Below are positions 60,377 to 64,000 of a stretch of DNA of 64,000 bases, piece by piece. This DNA is from an uncultured Pseudobutyrivibrio sp. (GTDB lineage Bacteria > Bacillota > Clostridia > Lachnospirales > Lachnospiraceae). Under the pieces are notes generated by a model. The model saw only the letters and a list, made by a program, of their open reading frames with translations. It searched no databases and had not been told where the DNA came from. Within the stretch, counting starts at the first letter, position 1; each line of letters opens with the position of its first letter. The stretch lies in NCBI GenBank assembly GCA_946403965.1, contig CAMJBT010000007.1, positions 397 through 64,396 of the forward strand, read 5' to 3'. Position numbers and translations under genes: made by a program.

Positions 60377-60432
60377 AATAACCTCTAAATAAAATAAATC
60401 TATAGTCCCCTAAATAATATATCGACTAATTC

Positions 60433-61017
60433 TTAGTTTTTCTTTGTAATAATTTCATCAATAAGACCATAGTCGAGAGCTTCCTGTGCATCAAGCCAGT
60501 GATCACGCTCTGTGTCTAAGCAAACCTGCTCGTAATCCTTGCCAGTGTTTGCTGCAAGCATACGGTTGAGCTTTTCTCTAGTCTTTAAGATGTTCTTTGC
60601 TGCGATTTCGATTTCAGTAGCCTGACCTTTTGCTCCGCCAAGTGGCTGATGAATCATAACCTCTGCATTTGGAAGCGCATATCTCTTACCCTTCTGACCA
60701 CCTGCAAGAAGGAATGCTCCCATTGAAGCAGCCATACCAATACAGATAGTTGAAACATCACATTTGATGTACTGCATTGTATCGTAGATAGCCATACCAG
60801 CTGTAACGCTACCGCCTGGGCTGTTGATATAAAGATGAATATCTTTGCTAGGATCCTCTGATTCAAGGAAAAGAAGCTGTGCAACAGTAAGAGAAGCTGT
60901 TGTCTCGTTTACCTCCTCGCCAAGAAATACGATTCTATCCTTTAATAATCTTGAGTAAATATCATAAGAACGCTCACCACGAGAATTCTGTTCAATGACA
61001 TAAGGAATTGTAGCCAT
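60433..61017 (-). CDS. clpP: Clp protease proteolytic subunit
   Basis: DIYSRLL, INSPGG, AASMG and MIHQP motifs. Confidence 0.97.
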   Translation of the reverse strand: MATIPYVIEQNSRGERSYDIYSRLLKDRIVFLGEEVNETTASLTVAQLLFLESEDPSKDIHLYINSPGGSVTAGMAIYDTMQYIKCDVSTICIGMAASMGAFLLAGGQKGKRYALPNAEVMIHQPLGGAKGQATEIEIAAKNILKTREKLNRMLAANTGKDYEQVCLDTERDHWLDAQEALDYGLIDEIITKKN

Positions 61018-61145
61018 TTTGTGCCTCCTTTAAATTGTAAAATAGACCTGTGCTATTAGCTAATTAACAGCACAAGCCTATTATAATGTTTTTCAAACCC
61101 TAATTGTTGGATTTTACAAAATTTTAATACTTTTTAATATGTTAA

Positions 61146-62486
61146 TTACTCAGCATCCTCAGCCTTTGGCTCTTCTTCAGCCTTCTTTGTAGCTTTCTTC
61201 TTTGCTGTCTCCTTAACATTGTCCATGATAACAGCGATTGCCTTCTCGATAGCGATATCCTTCTTCATAGACTCTTTCTCGTTCTCACCAACGAGATTCT
61301 TAAGCTGCTCAAGCTCCATGCCATACTGCTTTGACATCTCCTCAAGCTTAGCATCAACATCTGCATCTGCTACTTCGATGTTCTCTTCCTTTGCAATAGC
61401 TTCAAGTACAAGTGAAGACTGTGTACGTGAAAGTGCATCTGGACGAACCTGATCACGGAATGCATCCATTGTCATGCCTGTAAACTGCATGTACTGCTGA
61501 AGTGAAAGACCCTGCTGTGCCATGTTGTTAGCGAAGTCGTTGATCATGTTTTCTACCTGGTAGTCAAGCATAGCGTCTGGGATTTCCATCTCTGAATCCT
61601 CAACGATCTTTGCGATAGCTTCGTCTTCCTGTGCACGACGGCCTTCTGCCTTCTTATTGTTCTCAAGGCGCTCCTTAACAGATGCCTTGTACTCATCTAC
61701 TGTCTCAAACTCTGTAGTATCTGCTACATACTCATCATCAAGCTTTGGAATGTCCTTACCCTTAACCTCGTGGATGTGGCACTTGAATACAGCTGCCTTA
61801 CCAGCAAGATCCTCTGCATGGTACTCCTCTGGGAATGTAACCTCAACATCAACATCCTCACCAGCCTTGTGACCAATGATCTGATCTTCGAAACCAGGAA
61901 TAAATGAACCTGAACCAAGCTCAAGGTCGTAGTTCTCGCCCTTGCCGCCTTCGAATGCAACACCATCAACAAAGCCTTCGAAATCGATAACTGCTGTATC
62001 GCCCTTTGAAGCCTTGCCAGTCTTTGTAACTGTACGAGCAGCTCTCTCAAGCTCAGCCTTGATTGTCTCGTTTACTTCCTTTGCTGTAACCTTTGAATCG
62101 ATCTTTGCTACAGAAACGCCCTTGTACTTACCAAGCTTAACTTCTGGCTTAAGAGCAACTTCAGCTGTGTAGATGAAATCCTCACCCTTCTTGAGCTGTG
62201 TGATGTCGATCTTTGGCTGTGAAACGATATCAAGCTTAGACTCGTCATAAGCCTGTGGATATGTCTCCTGCATAAGAATATTAGCAGCGTCCTCATAGAA
62301 AATCTCTGCACCATACATCTTCTCTACCATGTGCTGAGGAACCTTGCCCTTTCTAAAGCCAGGAACAGAAATGCTGTTCTTCTGCTTGTTATATGCCTTT
62401 GTGATAGCCTTATCAAGCTCAGCTGCGTCAACTGTGACTGTAAGCTTTGCCATGTTCTTCTCAAGATTTTCTACCTGTACGTTCAT
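61146..62486 (-). CDS. tig: Trigger factor
   Basis: GFRKGKVP signature; FKBP domain FIPGFE. Confidence 0.97.
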   Translation of the reverse strand: MNVQVENLEKNMAKLTVTVDAAELDKAITKAYNKQKNSISVPGFRKGKVPQHMVEKMYGAEIFYEDAANILMQETYPQAYDESKLDIVSQPKIDITQLKKGEDFIYTAEVALKPEVKLGKYKGVSVAKIDSKVTAKEVNETIKAELERAARTVTKTGKASKGDTAVIDFEGFVDGVAFEGGKGENYDLELGSGSFIPGFEDQIIGHKAGEDVDVEVTFPEEYHAEDLAGKAAVFKCHIHEVKGKDIPKLDDEYVADTTEFETVDEYKASVKERLENNKKAEGRRAQEDEAIAKIVEDSEMEIPDAMLDYQVENMINDFANNMAQQGLSLQQYMQFTGMTMDAFRDQVRPDALSRTQSSLVLEAIAKEENIEVADADVDAKLEEMSKQYGMELEQLKNLVGENEKESMKKDIAIEKAIAVIMDNVKETAKKKATKKAEEEPKAEDAE

Positions 62487-62568
62487 TTACTAATATTCCT
62501 CCTCTAATTCATGTATAGGTACGCCTTTACGGCCCATTTTTTACTTTTTTGTCTTCGCAGACCAAAAA

Positions 62569-62597
62569 ATTATATCAGAATTAGTTCTTGTTTTCAA
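62569..62597 (-). promoter_or_regulatory. SigmaA promoter of tig, overlapping the end of rpiB
   Basis: TTGAAA-N17-TATAAT with an extended TG. Confidence 0.8.
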
Positions 62598-63024
62598 TAG
62601 CTGAAATCATATCGATTCTTATCTGGTGACGTCCCCCCTGAAATTCAGCTTCAAGAAAGGCCTTTACAATATCTTTTGCAAGCTCACCACCAACAATTCT
62701 TGCTCCAAATGCAATCATATTTGCATTGTTGTGCTGACGAATGAGACGTGCTGTAGTTGGCTCTGAACAAACGCCACAACGAATTCCCTTTACTTTATTT
62801 GCAGCAAGGGAAATACCAACACCTGTGCCACAGATAAGTACGCCAAGGTCTGCTTCCCCTGATGCTACCATTCTAGCAGCCTTCTCACCATATTCAGGAT
62901 AATTACAGCTTTCACTAGAATCTGTTCCGATGTTAATAACCTCATGACCAAGGCTTTCGATATACTCCTTGATTTCAAATTTAAGTTCTGGTGCTGCATG
63001 ATCATTTGCAATTACGATTTTCAT
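62581..63024 (-). CDS. rpiB: Ribose-5-phosphate isomerase B
   Basis: DHA, CGTGVG, ANKVKGIR, HNNAN and GGRH motifs. Confidence 0.95.
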   Translation of the reverse strand: MKIVIANDHAAPELKFEIKEYIESLGHEVINIGTDSSESCNYPEYGEKAARMVASGEADLGVLICGTGVGISLAANKVKGIRCGVCSEPTTARLIRQHNNANMIAFGARIVGGELAKDIVKAFLEAEFQGGRHQIRIDMISAIENKN

Positions 63025-63057
63025 TTCTATTCTCCTTTAAAATTATAATAACCCCAT

Positions 63058-63597
63058 TTATTTCAAAGGGACTTTATTGATTTCCTTTCCATAAATCTTG
63101 TAGATTCTGTAACCAAGCAAAATAATAGCCTCTAAGAATCGCTTAAGGATAATCTGGATTTCCTCATGCCATTTTTTGACAGGTTTCACCATAACTGAGC
63201 GGATGCCTGCACGATTTGCGCCCCATATATCTGTCAGAATCTGGTCACCTACAAAAATAGTGTTTGTCTCATCTGTACCCATCTGTTCCATAGCTTTTTG
63301 ATACCCCTTAACTCCAGGCTTTCCTGCTTTATATATGTAGGAACAGTATGTAACAGCCTCCTTAAAAGTCTTAACTCTAGGCTCCTTATTGTTTGATAAT
63401 AGAAGAGCTTCGAATCCAATATCGTGAAGCTCCTTAAAAAGTTTTTTTGCTCTGTCATCAGCTGGTGCATTGTGAGGAACCAGTGTGTTGTCCACATCAA
63501 AAATAACCCCTCTGTAGCCCTGCTCATAGAGAGCTTTAAAATCAATTGAATATGTACTATCAATATAGTCTCTTGGATATAAATTTCTTTTACTCAT
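63058..63597 (-). CDS. YqeG-family HAD IIIA phosphatase
   Basis: DVDNTL, SNN, AGKP and GDQILTD motifs. Confidence 0.9.
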   Translation of the reverse strand: MSKRNLYPRDYIDSTYSIDFKALYEQGYRGVIFDVDNTLVPHNAPADDRAKKLFKELHDIGFEALLLSNNKEPRVKTFKEAVTYCSYIYKAGKPGVKGYQKAMEQMGTDETNTIFVGDQILTDIWGANRAGIRSVMVKPVKKWHEEIQIILKRFLEAIILLGYRIYKIYGKEINKVPLK

Positions 63598-63659
63598 AGG
63601 CTCGATTTTACCACAAGTTTGTCTGTATTTACAGCCTGCTTCTTGTCATTAAACGATTT

Positions 63660-64000
63660 TTAAATAAAAATATTAGCCGCAAGAAGAACTGCTAAAAATG
63701 CTAAATTAATAATTGTAAAAACTTTAATATATTTCTTTTTGTCTGCACCATCAATATAACTATACTGCTTGAAGGAAATAAGACTGGCCATAGATGCAAT
63801 CAGTGTACCAAGTCCGCCAAGGTTTGTTCCCACAATAAGCTTATTGATATTGTCAGTAAATCCAGAGCAAAGAATAGCCGCCGGCACATTGCTAATGAAC
63901 TGGCTAAGTAAAACAGAAACCACCACTTCATTTAATGACAATAGGCTAGAAATCATCTGGCTAAGAAGTGGCATTCTCTTAATATTTCCAATAAAGATAA
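63660..64000 (-). CDS. ArsB/NhaD/citrate-transporter superfamily permease, C-terminal part (5' end outside the window)
   Basis: LSQFISNVPAA and NLGGLGTLIAS motifs; hydrophobic. Confidence 0.75.
   Translation of the reverse strand, partial: IFIGNIKRMPLLSQMISSLLSLNEVVVSVLLSQFISNVPAAILCSGFTDNINKLIVGTNLGGLGTLIASMASLISFKQYSYIDGADKKKYIKVFTIINLAFLAVLLAANIFI

Noticed and set aside
558-63563. The many 60-200 aa antisense or alternative-frame ORFs in the track
   Set aside because: They are shadows of well-supported genes, lacking RBS and domain motifs.
1-64000. CRISPR arrays, IS elements, prophage, tRNA and rRNA genes
   Set aside because: No regularly spaced repeats, transposase, integrase or phage motifs, or cloverleaf/rRNA signatures were seen. 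The intergenic gaps are too short outside the flagellin region.

Overview
A 64 kb chromosomal window from a motile low-GC Firmicute. Gene content, gene order and flagellin type suggest Lachnospiraceae, possibly Butyrivibrio/Pseudobutyrivibrio-like (inference). Almost all genes are on the minus strand and are housekeeping: a cad-type metal efflux operon, fmt-rsmB-rlmN-stp-pknB-rsgA-rpe-thiN, priA-def, rho, rpmE-prmC-prfA, era-recO-glyQS, leuB-ilvD-ilvB-serC-serA, apt, znuACB and tig-clpP-clpX-engB. I found no rRNA, tRNA, CRISPR array, transposase or integrase. Two accessory parts stand out. (1) A five-gene ABC exporter plus two-component cassette sits in reverse orientation between def and fmt. 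(2) Three tandem, separately terminated flagellin genes (49610-55344; called fla1, fla2 and fla3 in coordinate order). The best candidate for an undescribed system is in the flagellin non-coding DNA. The fla2 and fla3 leaders each carry a 33-nt H-type pseudoknot with compensatory base changes, followed by a stem conserved in structure but not sequence. Each of these two genes also has a short GC-rich segment in its 3' UTR that is complementary to its own pseudoknot, and the two segments vary in step with their leaders. This sits on top of canonical CsrA hairpins, an AGGA-rich leader and duplicated sigma28 promoters. All RNA structures were paired by eye. No folding, alignment or database search was run, so novelty is unverified.
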